Shown: one piece after another, positions 26,092-36,905 of the stretch
Numbering within the stretch: position 1 is the first letter of the stretch
How the letters are laid out: the number at the start of each line of letters is the position of its first letter
From: Felis catus
Lineage: Eukaryota
DNA length: 64,000 nt
Reading direction: 5' to 3'
Assembly: GCF_018350175.1 (NCBI RefSeq)
Contig: NC_058368.1
Location: forward strand, 128,590,001 to 128,654,000
Position numbers and translations under genes: made by a program
The notes under the pieces: generated by a model
Seen by the model: only the letters and a program-made list of their open reading frames with translations
Database searches by the model: none
Told to the model about the DNA's origin: nothing

Positions 26092-26996
26092 TAAAATGGC
26101 ATAATCAGAATAATTAGGTCACGGAATTTTAACAAAGAGCTTTACTTAATTGCTTCTTCAGATCAAGGACTATTTAAAATTAAAAGACTGAAAAAAAACA
26201 CTGTTTTAGACTCTCAGTAGCTGACATGATTTAAATTTTTACTGATATAATAAGACTTCTGAACTTACTAGATTAAAAAATAATACTGATTCTTTTTTAA
26301 AAAGTACAGTTATTTTCACAAAAATTAAAGGTCCAACAGGCAAGTTCATTCACTTTTCAATGTTTACTGATCATAATGGAAGAATCGCAGAACTACTTGG
26401 TGGAAACAAGCTAAATTATCAGAGAAGACTGACAAATTTTGATAAAAGTAAATTTTGAGTTTTTACAGTCACTGAAATAAAACTTGGGTTCTTGGAATTA
26501 CTGAAATAAAAAACTCTGGATATGTCTATATGCTTTTATTAGAATGGATCAATGAGCTGAGTAGGAATTGCTGCCTACCCTGCACTGACTGGGGTTGGGG
26601 ACAAGGGGACAACAGTGGATGCAATATCAGTCATGTTTAAAACTGATCAAAGATCAGCTTGCTTAAAAAAGATTTAATGTTTACTTATTTAGTTAAAATT
26701 ACATGCAGTATTTGAAACATATTTTCCCATTCTAAAAGCATAATACTAAATATAAAGCTGATGCAACATTTTAGAATACAAAACACATAAATTGCTTCGT
26801 GAAAACAGGCAAAAGATTATTATCATGCGTTACAATAGTTTATTACTTTTGTCTGTTTGTAATTGTGGTAGGATAGGATAGTCCTTTGCTTTTCCATACC
26901 AGAGTAAGCTTAGGAATGCTTTACTTCCTTCTAGATCTGGCTGCCTGTAGATATACACCCTTTCCTCTACTGCCTTACTGCCAGTTTCATTAAATA

Positions 26997-27409
26997 CAGT
27001 ATATGATAGAAGTTTATTAATACTGTACTGTAGTCAACATCCACGTGAGCATATACAATGGTTCCCATGCAGAAAAAGATTACATTGAGCCAATAGACAG
27101 CAGTAATTCCATTAGTGATAGTGAGAGTCATCCTACACTATAACCCTCCTCTCTCGTCTCCCTCACACCAGCCACAAAGGTTTTCAAAGTGCAGGTTCAT
27201 TTGTTTATTTTCTTTATATTTTGTATTCTTTATTATTTCGTATTATAATACAGTATCGTTATCATTTTTATATGAATATTTTTGGGTTGTGGAACAAATT
27301 ATCTGAGTTTCCATTATTTCCTATGGGGAAATTCACTTTGATATGCAAGTGATTTGGGTTACAAGCATGTTTCCGGAACGAATTAAGCTCACAAACCAGG
27401 GCTTTACCG
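26997..27409. mobile_element. TcMar/Tigger-like DNA transposon, right portion
   Basis: Ends gctcacaaaccagggctttaccg+TA; last ~80 nt are homologous to the element at 32386-32622. Confidence 0.7.
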
Positions 27410-28060
27410 TAAATCTTTTGTTGTCTTAAGCTGCTAAGTTTTGGGGGTACTTTGTTACCCATCCACTGATAACTAATATAGCAGGTGAGTTCTTCTTTTG
27501 GGATATTAGAAAAAATCATATGTATCAGTTTTCAGTAACTAACTATACTCTGCTTTTCTCTTCAAAGAGAGTCGACAATGAAAAAGTCATTAATGTTGGC
27601 AGTTCCCACTTCCTTTCCTCTGTCATTCTCCAACTCACTGAAATCTTATTTTTATTCCCACAATTCTTCTGAAAATACTCTTCTCAAGGCCATCCGTGAC
27701 TACCCTGCTGTTTAGATATAATGTATACTTTTAATTCCTCTTAATTCTTATTTCTTGAATAACACCATCCGCTTAATACAGACTCTTCTAGGCCTCTTTT
27801 CTCATGTCTTTTTTCTCATAAGGGTTAAGAAAACAATAAACTAATAAAAAAATAAATACATAATACAATTTCAGTATTAATAAATTGAATAGAGAGAATA
27901 ATGGGATGGGGAACCACTGAGAGCAAAGAAGGGCGCTAGGGCCAGCAAACGACACATTTCATGGTTTCCTCCTTAAACAGTCTTCTTTTAGTGTACATGA
28001 CACTTCATCACCCTGGTTTTCCTTCAACTCCTCTTTGAAGTCTTCTTCCGCCTAACTTTA

Positions 28061-28837
28061 TTTATTTATTTATTTAAATGTTTATTTTTGAGAGAGAGTG
28101 TGAGCGGGGGAGGGGCAAAAAGAGAGGGGGAGACAATCTGAAGCAGGCTCCAGGCTCTTAGCTGTCAGCACGGAGTTCAACATGGGGCTCAAACCCCCAA
28201 ACTCAAGATCATGACCTGAGCTGAAGTCGGATGCTTAACTGACTGAGCCACCCACACACTCCCCAGCCTAAGTTTAAATGTTGATTTTCTTGGGGCACCT
28301 GGGTGGCTCAGTCAGTTAAGCGTCTGACTTCATCTCAGGTCATGATCTCAGTTTGTCAGTTTGAGTCCTGCATTGGGCTCTGTGCAGATAGCTCAGAGCC
28401 TGGAGCCTGCTCCAGATTCTATGTCTCCCTCTCTCTCTCTGCTCCTCCCCTACTTGCACTCTGTCTCTCCCTCTCTCAAAAGTAAACATTTAAAAAAATT
28501 AAAAAAAAAAACACGTTGATTTTTCTCAGATTGTTTGTCACCGAACTGCCTTTCTTACTCTACAAATAGTGCCTAGGTGATCTCATTCCCACATCACTTC
28601 ACATACTATCTCACGTTAAAGATCTCTCAATTTCTTCTGAGCATCAAATATATATCATGAAGTTTGTCTTCCTCTCTCCAAGTCACAGGTTCTTCAAAAG
28701 TAATATGGGAGGGGTGCCTGGGTAGCTCAACCGGTTAAGCATCTGACTCTTGGTTTCAGCTCGGGTCATGATCTCATGGTTTTGTGAGTTTGAGCCCCAC
28801 ATCAGGCTCTGTGCTGACAGTGTGGAGCCTGCTTGGG

Positions 28838-28875
<38 letters not shown>

Positions 28876-28945
28876 CCTCCACCACTCATGCTGTCTCTGT
28901 CTCAAAATAAATAAACTTAAACAAACTTAAAAAAAAAAAAGAGAG
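28061..28945. mobile_element. Three Can-SINEs (minus 28061-28264, plus 28292-28512, plus 28712-28945)
   Basis: Heads, (CT)n and tails all recognisable, each with short flanking duplications. Confidence 0.9.
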
Positions 28946-28959
28946 AAAGTAATGTGGAA

Positions 28960-29470
28960 AAAATCAGTATGGGCAAAGTTACAATAAAACTTGTTCCCCC
29001 CTTTGGAAAGTCCTATCTACATGAATACCATCATCATTCACCCCGCTATACAAAGCAACTATCTGGGAATCATTGTTGACGCCTTTCTTTTCACCATTTA
29101 TTATATATCCAAACAATTTCCATAGCTCGTTGATTTTATTTCTTAAATACTTTTCATATATCCTCACTGTCTTTGACCCAACCGCCGCTACTTCCCTGGC
29201 TCAGGCTTCCGCCTGCTCTCTCCTGGACAACTAGAACAGTTACCTAACTTGACTTTCGCTGCTTGCTCTCAACTTCAATCCACTCTCCAGGCAGAAGACA
29301 AAATCCAACAGTTGTCACCTTATTATCCTCTTCATACCTCTTCACCAAGCACACAAGGCTCTTCATCACTGAACTCCGGACTACATTTCCAGCTTCATCT
29401 CCTGTCACCGCCCCCCTTGTCTGCTCTAGTCATGCTAAACTTGGTTCAGTTCTTGGCCTACACTCCGCTC
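28960..29470 (+). mobile_element. L2 relic abutting the CpG island
   Basis: atctgggaatcattgttgac; ctctctcctggacaact; aagacaaaatccaa; tccagcttcatctcctg. Confidence 0.6.
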
Positions 29471-29818
29471 TTAGCATAACGCTTGGCTAAAAGTGGGAGT
29501 TCACTACGTTTGTCGACTGACTGAATGAAGGAATCTTTGGAGAGTAGTTATTCCTTGGGAAGTGGAGAGGAAACGTAATGTGAGGGAGAAGGAGTAAGGT
29601 AAAACGAAAGGATTTTCGCCAGAACCCGAGTGCGCACCCACCTGCCTACAGGAATGTAAAGGGTATCTTATTTTCGTCGGCCGCAAGACAGAAGAGATTA
29701 AAGGCGAGTATGGTGGAGGTAAAGTGATTATGAAGCGGGAAAGTGAGAGGCAAGACTCACATAGCCATTGGTCCAGATTTGAATGGGCTGTTTGAGAAAA
29801 AAGTAAGGTTTTCTTTAC

Positions 29819-29895
29819 CTCCGTGTGGACTCCGCTCTCCGGAGGCGAAGAGGGTCTTCCAAACCGGTCTGTCTCGCTGACAAAAACCCTAACAT
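29819..29895 (-). CDS. ERCC8: ERCC8 (Cockayne syndrome A, WD40 protein) coding exon 1, 77 nt
   Basis: Reverse complement reads ATG TTA GGG TTT TTG... = MLGFLSARQTGLEDPLRLRRAESTR(R), the CSA N-terminus; acaggATG context; followed by AG|GTAAAG donor. Confidence 0.98.
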
Positions 29896-30125
29896 CCTGT
29901 CCCTTCACACCGGCTTGAACACCGGACGCCGCCATGACAGAGCGCAGAGGCTGTACCAGTGGGGTCTCCCATTGGCCAAGCCAGATGACACCCGACCAAT
30001 GGTGAGCGCCGTTACTAGAAGGGCGTGAGGCTAAAGTGGGTGGGCGGGGTCCGCGGCTAGAGAGCGCGTGTGTTTGGGTCCTGGCGGATCCGTGTGCGAT
30101 TCGCGCTGAAAGCCGTACCGACTGC
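29896..30125. promoter_or_regulatory. Bidirectional ERCC8/NDUFAF2 core promoter and 5' UTRs
   Basis: 230 nt between the divergent ATGs; ATTGG 29971-29975, CCAAT 29996-30000, GC box GGGCGG 30042-30047, YY1-like GCCGCCAT 29928-29935; no TATA box seen. Confidence 0.9.
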
Positions 30126-30252
30126 ATGGGTTGGTCTCAGGATTTGTTCCGTGCCTTATGGAGAGCGCTGTCAAAGGAAGCGAAGGAGCAAGTCGGCACA
30201 GACCGGTTCGGGAACAAATACTACTATGTTCCGGGATACAGGAACTGGAGAG
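30126..30252 (+). CDS. NDUFAF2: NDUFAF2 (NADH:ubiquinone oxidoreductase assembly factor 2) coding exon 1, 127 nt
   Basis: MGWSQDLFRALWRALSKEAKEQVGTDRFGNKYYYVPGYRNWR(G), with the NDUFA12-family VGTDxFGNKYY motif; GAG|GTGAGA donor; head-to-head with ERCC8 as in other mammals. Confidence 0.98.
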
Positions 30253-31019
30253 GTGAGATGACAGCGAGCGCAGCGGCTGCTTGGTCAGTAAATAAGGGGA
30301 AAGTGAGAGCGTCTAGTCAACTAACACAGTGTGCGACAGTTGTGATGTCATCTAGGGGGACAGCGCAAGTTCGTTCACCTCGCCAACCCCTTCACTCTGA
30401 GCTTTGCGCCGCGGCCCAGTCGAGTGTGTGCCCGCCGTCCCTGGGTTGCAGTGCCTTGGTAAGGTGCGACCCGCGAGAGCACCGCACAGCATACGCAGCT
30501 GTCCTCCCCACGCAGAGAGCCCACAGGCGGAGGACGCCCCGGCCCTGGTCCTGGTCTTTGGGCGACGCAGACAGGGACAAGTCCACGGAGGTCTTTTACC
30601 AGAGGGCCTTGGGAGGGCAGGAAAGTAGCTTTTCCTCCTCTTGTGCTCTCCTTGCGATCAGGCCAGCGTTCTCTAATTGAAGCGGTGTTATCTTGAGCGC
30701 CTCGGCTTTTTCCTCTTGGTGTTTACCTTTTTCAGCCTCTCGGGCGCTGGCCACATGCGTCACCTTACTCCAACGTATCAGAAGTAGGTCTCTGCGCACC
30801 GTGAAGAGATCCTCACAAGGCTTCATGTTACCTTCCCCACGAATTTGCACTCCAAAACCCCGTAGAGCTCACTTTAAGATCATTGCACTAGCCGTGGTGT
30901 TTCTTAAGATTCGTACGAAGTAGTGGAGTTTGGAAAGTTAGGGGACGTTCGTGTCTGCTCAAATCCCGTCACGTAGCAGCCGTGATAACCTCTTCAGTGT
31001 TGTTCCATCATCGCAATGC

Positions 31020-31190
31020 GAAAGATCTCAGGTTTTGGGGTCGGATGGGCTTGGATTAGAATTTCAGCCCTGACACCTAATAGCTGAGGGAACACGGACG
31101 AAGTATTTGTCCTCCCAAGTCTCATTCTCCTCATCTGAAAGTTAGAGACGATAATAATGGTTGCATTGAGAAACACTAAGGATTTTACTA
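31020..31190 (+). mobile_element. MIR SINE
   Basis: agtctcattctcctcatctgaaagttagagacgataataat core. Confidence 0.6.
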
Positions 31191-31529
31191 AATTGTGTTC
31201 CATTCATTTCCTTTAACTCTAGTCAAAGGGAATTACTTCTTCCATCCTTTCTCTTAGAGCACATGTAAAGTGCTTTCCATGATTTATCACTCAAAGTTGT
31301 TTTGCCTAGCCTTTTTCTGTAGCTTAGCATCTTAGACTTGTTTCGCAAGTGAGCTTCCAGACTCTCAGGGCAGGGAATATGTCTTTATTTCTTTTTTTTT
31401 TTAAGTCCACAAAGAAACTACGTAGCATGTTGACGGTCTTTCTTCACAGACTGCAAGCAGAAGGAAAGATTTTTTTTTTCCATAAGTTGTCAGGAACATT
31501 AAAGAAATATGCAGAACATCAGTTGACTT

Positions 31530-32380
31530 TTTTAAAGTATAATTTACATACAGTAACACTCATCCTTTTTGGTGTATGTTTTTATGTTTTTTGATAAATT
31601 CATAGAGTCCCGTAGCTATCACACAATGAAGATGTGGAATGGTTCTGTCACTTCCCAAATTCCCTCTACCCCTTAGAAGTTCATTCCTTCACCCCATAAC
31701 CAGCCCTTGGCAATCACTGATCTGTTTTAGGTCCCTATAATTTTGCCTTTTCCAGAATATTATATAAATGAAATTACATAGGATGTAGTCTTTCAAGTCT
31801 AGCTTATTTCACACAGTAGAATACAGTTAAGATTCATCCATGAATCTTAGACTGTGTCGCACACAGTCTGTAGTTGTTCCTTTTAATTGCTAAGTAGTAT
31901 TTCGTTGATGGTGTACCACAGTTTATCCATTCACTACTCAAAGGACTTGGGTTGTTTCTAGTTTTTGGTGATTGTGAAGAAAGCTTCTATAAACATTCAC
32001 ATACAGGATTTTATGTGAATCATTTTCCATTTCTCTTGTGTAAATACGTAGGCGTGAGATTGCTGAGTTGTGTGCATGTGTATATACCTTTATAAGAAAC
32101 TACCTCACTTTTCCAAATTGCCTATACTATTTTACATTCCTGCCAGCAATGTTAAGAAAATTCTAGTGACACATCCTCAGTAGCACCTGGTATTGTCAGG
32201 TTTTTGTTGTTGTTATTACTTATTTTTATTTTATCCATTCTATTAGTTGCATAGTGGTGTGTCTTTGTGGTTTTGATTTTCACCTTCCTAATGACTGATA
32301 ATGTTGAGAATCTTTTTATGTGCTTATTTGGCATCCACAGATCTTTAGTGAAATATCTGTTCAAATCTTGCGACCATTAA
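31530..32380 (-). mobile_element. Old L1M 3' end
   Basis: aagtataatttacatacagtaa...ggcaatcactgatctg...ttccta atgactgataatgttgag; ORF 32152-32364 is L1 ORF2-like. Confidence 0.85.
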
Positions 32381-32385
32381 AAATA

Positions 32386-32622
32386 CAGTAAAACCTTGGA
32401 TTGGGACTAACTTGTTCTGCAAGTGTTCTGCAAGACAAGCAAAATTTCTAATAAATTTTAACATGATAAATGAGTGATGCCTTGCAACATGAGTAGTACA
32501 TGATGCTGAATGTCACATTTTCACAACGCCAATGGTTCTTGAAATTCGCTTTGATATGCAAGTGCTTTGCGTTACAAGCATGTTTCTGGAATGAATTATG
32601 CTTGCAAACCAAGGTTTTATTA
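32386..32622. mobile_element. TcMar/Tigger-like MITE, ~237 bp
   Basis: TA|cagtaaaaccttggattg ... caaaccaaggttttatta|TA: terminal inverted repeats with TA duplication. Confidence 0.8.
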
Positions 32623-33839
32623 TAATTTTGTATCAACTTCATTGTATCATTTCAGTGAAAATATAATATCATTGAAGAAAGATTAAAATGTAAAAAATCA
32701 TGTATTCTAAGAACATAATTAGTGAGTCAAGGGATATGTTGGTCTTTAACCATCTTATAACACCAGATTGTTTTCTAAAGTGCTTATAAATTTATACTTC
32801 TATCAGCTTGATATTTCAAATTCATGTACTCTTGGTTGTGAGAAAATTAGGATTTTATTGATGATGTAGGAGAATCATTGTTGCTGCTATATGATATATC
32901 TGTGTCATTCAGTTCTTAGATATTTTAGGCCTGTGGCACAGATACACATTACATTCTCTCAATATCATTACACATTTCCTAAGCCTTCCACTGTAAATCA
33001 AGGGGAAAGATCCTTAGTTTGTTTTAAAGCAAGTTTTCAGAAAATGAATCATTGAACTTTCTTATTTCCTTTGTATAAAAGACAGCACTTTAGAGGTCTC
33101 CTTGAGTTTTCGTTGAATTGAATAAATTGTTGAGCATTTAACATGATCACTGAAGAGTATTTAAGAACTCTTCAGAGGAAATGACTTTTTTCTTTTAGTT
33201 CAGTTAATTAGTGTGGTGCCAGTCATTAAAGAACTACTGTATTTTCCACATAGGATATTATTTAATGAGAGCGAAGGTAGTTATGCAATTTAAAATAGAT
33301 CTCTTGAATATTGTCCAGTCAGTTGAATTTAAGTTTAGAATTTATTGTTGAAATTTTAACTTTTTAAAACGCATTTTGGCATTTCAGGATAAGAAGATTG
33401 TGAATATAGCATTATTAGTTGGCATTTTTTAATTAAAAGATGTTAATTAACATATTTTTATTGAAAGTTTTCTTGCTTTATGGTGGAGTACTTAGCAAAA
33501 GAGTCCCCAAATAAACTTTGTGTAGAAATTTCCTTTGATGTTGCACCCTTTTTATTTATAGTATCTCTGCTTTTTTATCCATCTAGTTTCATTTATCTCA
33601 TGTTTCAAAAGGAGTTTCTTCCTAAAGTAAATTCTTGTATACTCAATTCTGACTAGAACCTCTTTGAACCTTGTTTTATTATTTTCACCTTTATCTTTTG
33701 CACATTTATTAAAAATCCGCAACCGGTTAAAAATGACAAGTTTATTACTGAAAGACTATTTTTGAGTTGTTAATTTGCTAATAGACATTGTGAATGTCCA
33801 AATTTGGGGAGGAAGATGAATATCATGCAAAATTTGCAA

Positions 33840-34150
33840 AAAACAATATTTGAAGTATTGTGTTTGGCTCTGGATATCACACTTCAGGAGAGATCCAGAG
33901 TGTCCAGACAGAGGTAGTGAAAATGATGAAAATTTTTAGAAATCATATCTATGACTATTAGCTGTTAGTCTTGAGGAGATTTATCCTGTGAAGAGAAGAT
34001 TTAGGAGTAGCTTCACATATTTGGAAGATTATTGTACAGAAAAAGATTAGGCTCATCTGTGCAGACATTTAAATTAGAACTCTGGTCAGAGGGGACATAT
34101 TTATCTTTTTTATAAGAAATAACTTTCAGACCATTAGAGCTATGTTATAA
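33840..34150 (+). mobile_element. L3/CR1 LINE relic
   Basis: tgaagtattgtgtttggctctgg (LEYCV-like), gagtgtccagacagagg, gaagagaagatttagg, ataagaaataactttc. Confidence 0.6.
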
Positions 34151-35844
34151 AAGGAAGAGAGTGCCTTGTGTTTAATTGTAGCCGAGAGAATTTAGGGAGA
34201 TAAGGAGCTGAACACATTTGATCAGCACCTTGAATGATAAATACAATTTCAGAAAGAATGGTTTAAGAGTATCCTTTGTCCGGGCTTGAAAGGGGTAGGA
34301 AATACCACAGACATTAGAAGGTAGTCCCATGCTAGTGGACTTCAGTGTAGAACTAGAGAAAGCTAGTGAGGGGATAGACAGGGTCAGATACTAAAACGCC
34401 TTGAATACTCTAAGTTTGAAGTTTGCACTTTATTCTGTAGCTGGTAGGTAGCCATTGAAAAGCTTGTGACATGATAAGAGCTGCTGGAGAAATAACTCCA
34501 AAAGCCCTGTAGAAGGTGAGCTAGAGGGGAGAGGGAGGAGCTGAAATACTATTTGATGGGAGCATTTCTAGATTGACCTTGATCCTGGAAAGAGCTCTTA
34601 TGAGACTGAAGTGATGTGAATGGAAAGAAAAGTTTTGATTTAGCAAAACTTTTAAAGTTGACAATGACTTAGACTGGTGGAAGGGGAAAGAAAAGATGAG
34701 AGGCCAAAGATGATTTTGTTTTAATTCTGGAGAGCTGGTGGATTGTGGTGTACTGATTCACGCAAATAGAGGCTAATAGGGACACATGCAAATAGAGAAG
34801 TAGGCTTTGGGTTGGGGGTGGTCAAAGAGTAAATGTAGTTTGTTTGTTATAATAGGACAACTGTATAATCAGGCAATTTTATATTCAGATCTGCAGCTCC
34901 AAAGATGTTACTGATTAAAATACAGATTTGGAAGCCACTTTTATATAGGTGATCATTAAAACTGTAGGGATGTTTATTCAAGCAGGGAGAGAGTAATAAC
35001 AAGATCAGATTAAGAGACACGTATTTAGAAATGCTATCATTTTAGTGGTTTCTCAGTCCAGGAGGAATAGATCCAAACTACCTGGCTGACGTTCATGACC
35101 TTTAAGTCTATCCTGAAAGTGACATTTGTTTATAATCTAATCTGTAGATCAATAATTTTGTAAGCAAAGCATAGATATTTATATTAATAGAAATCAAACC
35201 TGAAAGTTTACATGATTTTTACCAGGGAGTTGAATCAGATAATAGTTATTTACTTTTCAGCATTCAGAAAAAAATAAATTAAACTTGATTGAATACAGCC
35301 ATTTAAGAGTTGTATCTAGTTTGTTACTGTTCATAATACTGAGTTTAGTTGATGTTCCCAAAACAGAATTGGTTGGGGGCCAAGGCAGGGATAGCAATGG
35401 GCAGTAGGTAATGTTGATGTCTTCTTTTAGAATCCAGGACAAATGTTTCATCAGACGTGGTAGCTAGATTTAGTTTGGGGATACATTTTAAAAAACTGTA
35501 TAACCCTCATTAGGGCTTTTTTCATAGTGAATTGTTATACTAGGCTACTAGCAGTGATTTTAAAATTGTCATATTTAAATAATTATGAAATAAATCTCTT
35601 CAAAATTTTATTAGAAAATTTTACATTCCAAAAAATTTTTTTCATTTTGTTCTCAGTTTTTTAATGAAGCATTATTTGAACATTTATGAAACTTGTGAGC
35701 AAAGAAAAGTTTGTGCTAAGATTTTCATGAAAGCGTTTTACTGCCAAATTATATTTTATATACTTTCTAATTTATATGGATACATTTAGACTCACACATA
35801 TTATCAGTGTGCTAAGTACAGAATTTATAATAACATTTCCTGAA

Positions 35845-36029
35845 TTTTTTTAATTTTAGAGTGAGAGAGAGAGAGCTCAGGGGAGAGGGGCAGAGGGAAA
35901 GAGAGAGAATCTTAAGCTGGCTTCACGCTCAGCATAGAGCTGGACACAGGGCTGGATCCCACAACCCTGGGATCATGACCTGAGCTGAAATTAAGAGTCG
36001 GGTACTCAACCGAGCCACCCAGGCACCCC
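35845..36029 (-). mobile_element. Can-SINE
   Basis: gagccacccaggcacccc; flanked by aacatttcYtgaa. Confidence 0.88.
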
Positions 36030-36054
36030 AACATTTCTTGAAATTTATATTTCT

Positions 36055-36450
36055 TGTTTTTTTTTAATTTTAGATAGTTAGCATACAGTACAATATTGGT
36101 TTAAGGAGTAGATTTCAGTGATTCATCACTTACATACAACATCCAGTGCTCATCATACCACGTGCCCTCTTTAATACACGTCACTCATCTAGCTCATCTC
36201 TCACCTACCTCTCTCCATCAACCTCAGTTTGATCTTTAGGAGTCTCTTGTGGTTTGTTTACCTCTTCCCTCTTCGCCCCCTTCCCCTATGTTCATCTGTT
36301 TTGCTTCTTAAATTACACATATGAGTTACATCATATGGTATTTTTCTTTCTCAGATTGACCTATTTTGCTCAGCATAATACTTTCTAGTTCCATCTACAT
36401 GCTTGCACATGACAAGACTTCATTCTTTTTGATGACTGAGTAATAATTCC

Positions 36451-36507
<57 letters not shown>

Positions 36508-36522
36508 CACATGTTCTTTATC
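36055..36522 (-). mobile_element. Carnivore L1 3' end with (TG)24
   Basis: ttcagtgattcatcacttacatacaacatccagtgctcatc...cctatgttcatctgttttg. Confidence 0.85.
36453..36500. repeat. (TG)24 microsatellite
   Basis: Read directly. Confidence 0.95.
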
Positions 36523-36699
36523 CACTGAATTTTATATGTCAAGCTTTCTGGTTAAAAAAAAGTCTTTTAAATTTGGAGTTCTCAAACACTTTTGAGAAGC
36601 CAAATCAGAGGAAGTATACACCAAACCTTAGAAGTAGTAATTTTGAATTGAGGTTCATCAATCTAAAATTGAATTTTAATTAAAATTGAAGGATATTTT

Positions 36700-36905
36700 A
36701 GGGGGCCTAGGTGGCTTGGTTGGTTAAGATCGACTCTAGGTTTCAGCTCAGGTCATAATCTCACAGTTCATTGGATCACGCCCCGCACCGAGCTCTGTGC
36801 TGACAGCATGGACCCTGCTTGGGATCCTCTCTCTCCTTCTCTCTCTGCCATTTCTTTATGCATGCTCTCTCTCAAAATAAAGAAGCTTAAAATAAAATAA
36901 AATAG
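36700..36905 (+). mobile_element. Can-SINE
   Basis: tRNA-like head, ctgtgctgacagcatgga, A tail. Confidence 0.85.

Larger units (their letters stand above)
29480..31080. promoter_or_regulatory. CpG island
   Basis: Visibly GC-rich and CpG-dense against AT-rich, CpG-depleted flanks; covers both first exons; edges estimated by eye. Confidence 0.88.

Noticed and set aside
21850..28889. Many 60-70-aa ORFs such as MAQSVKRLT.. and RERERE..
   Set aside because: Translations of Can-SINE bodies and (CT)n tracts
29504..30127. 207-aa minus-strand ORF over the promoter
   Set aside because: Out of frame with ERCC8, no recognisable domain, runs through the exon 1 donor; only its internal ATG is kept as a uORF candidate
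30036..30680. 214-aa ORF spanning NDUFAF2 exon 1
   Set aside because: Only 30126-30252 matches NDUFAF2; the GTG-started extension and the read-through past the donor are explained by stop-poor CpG-island sequence
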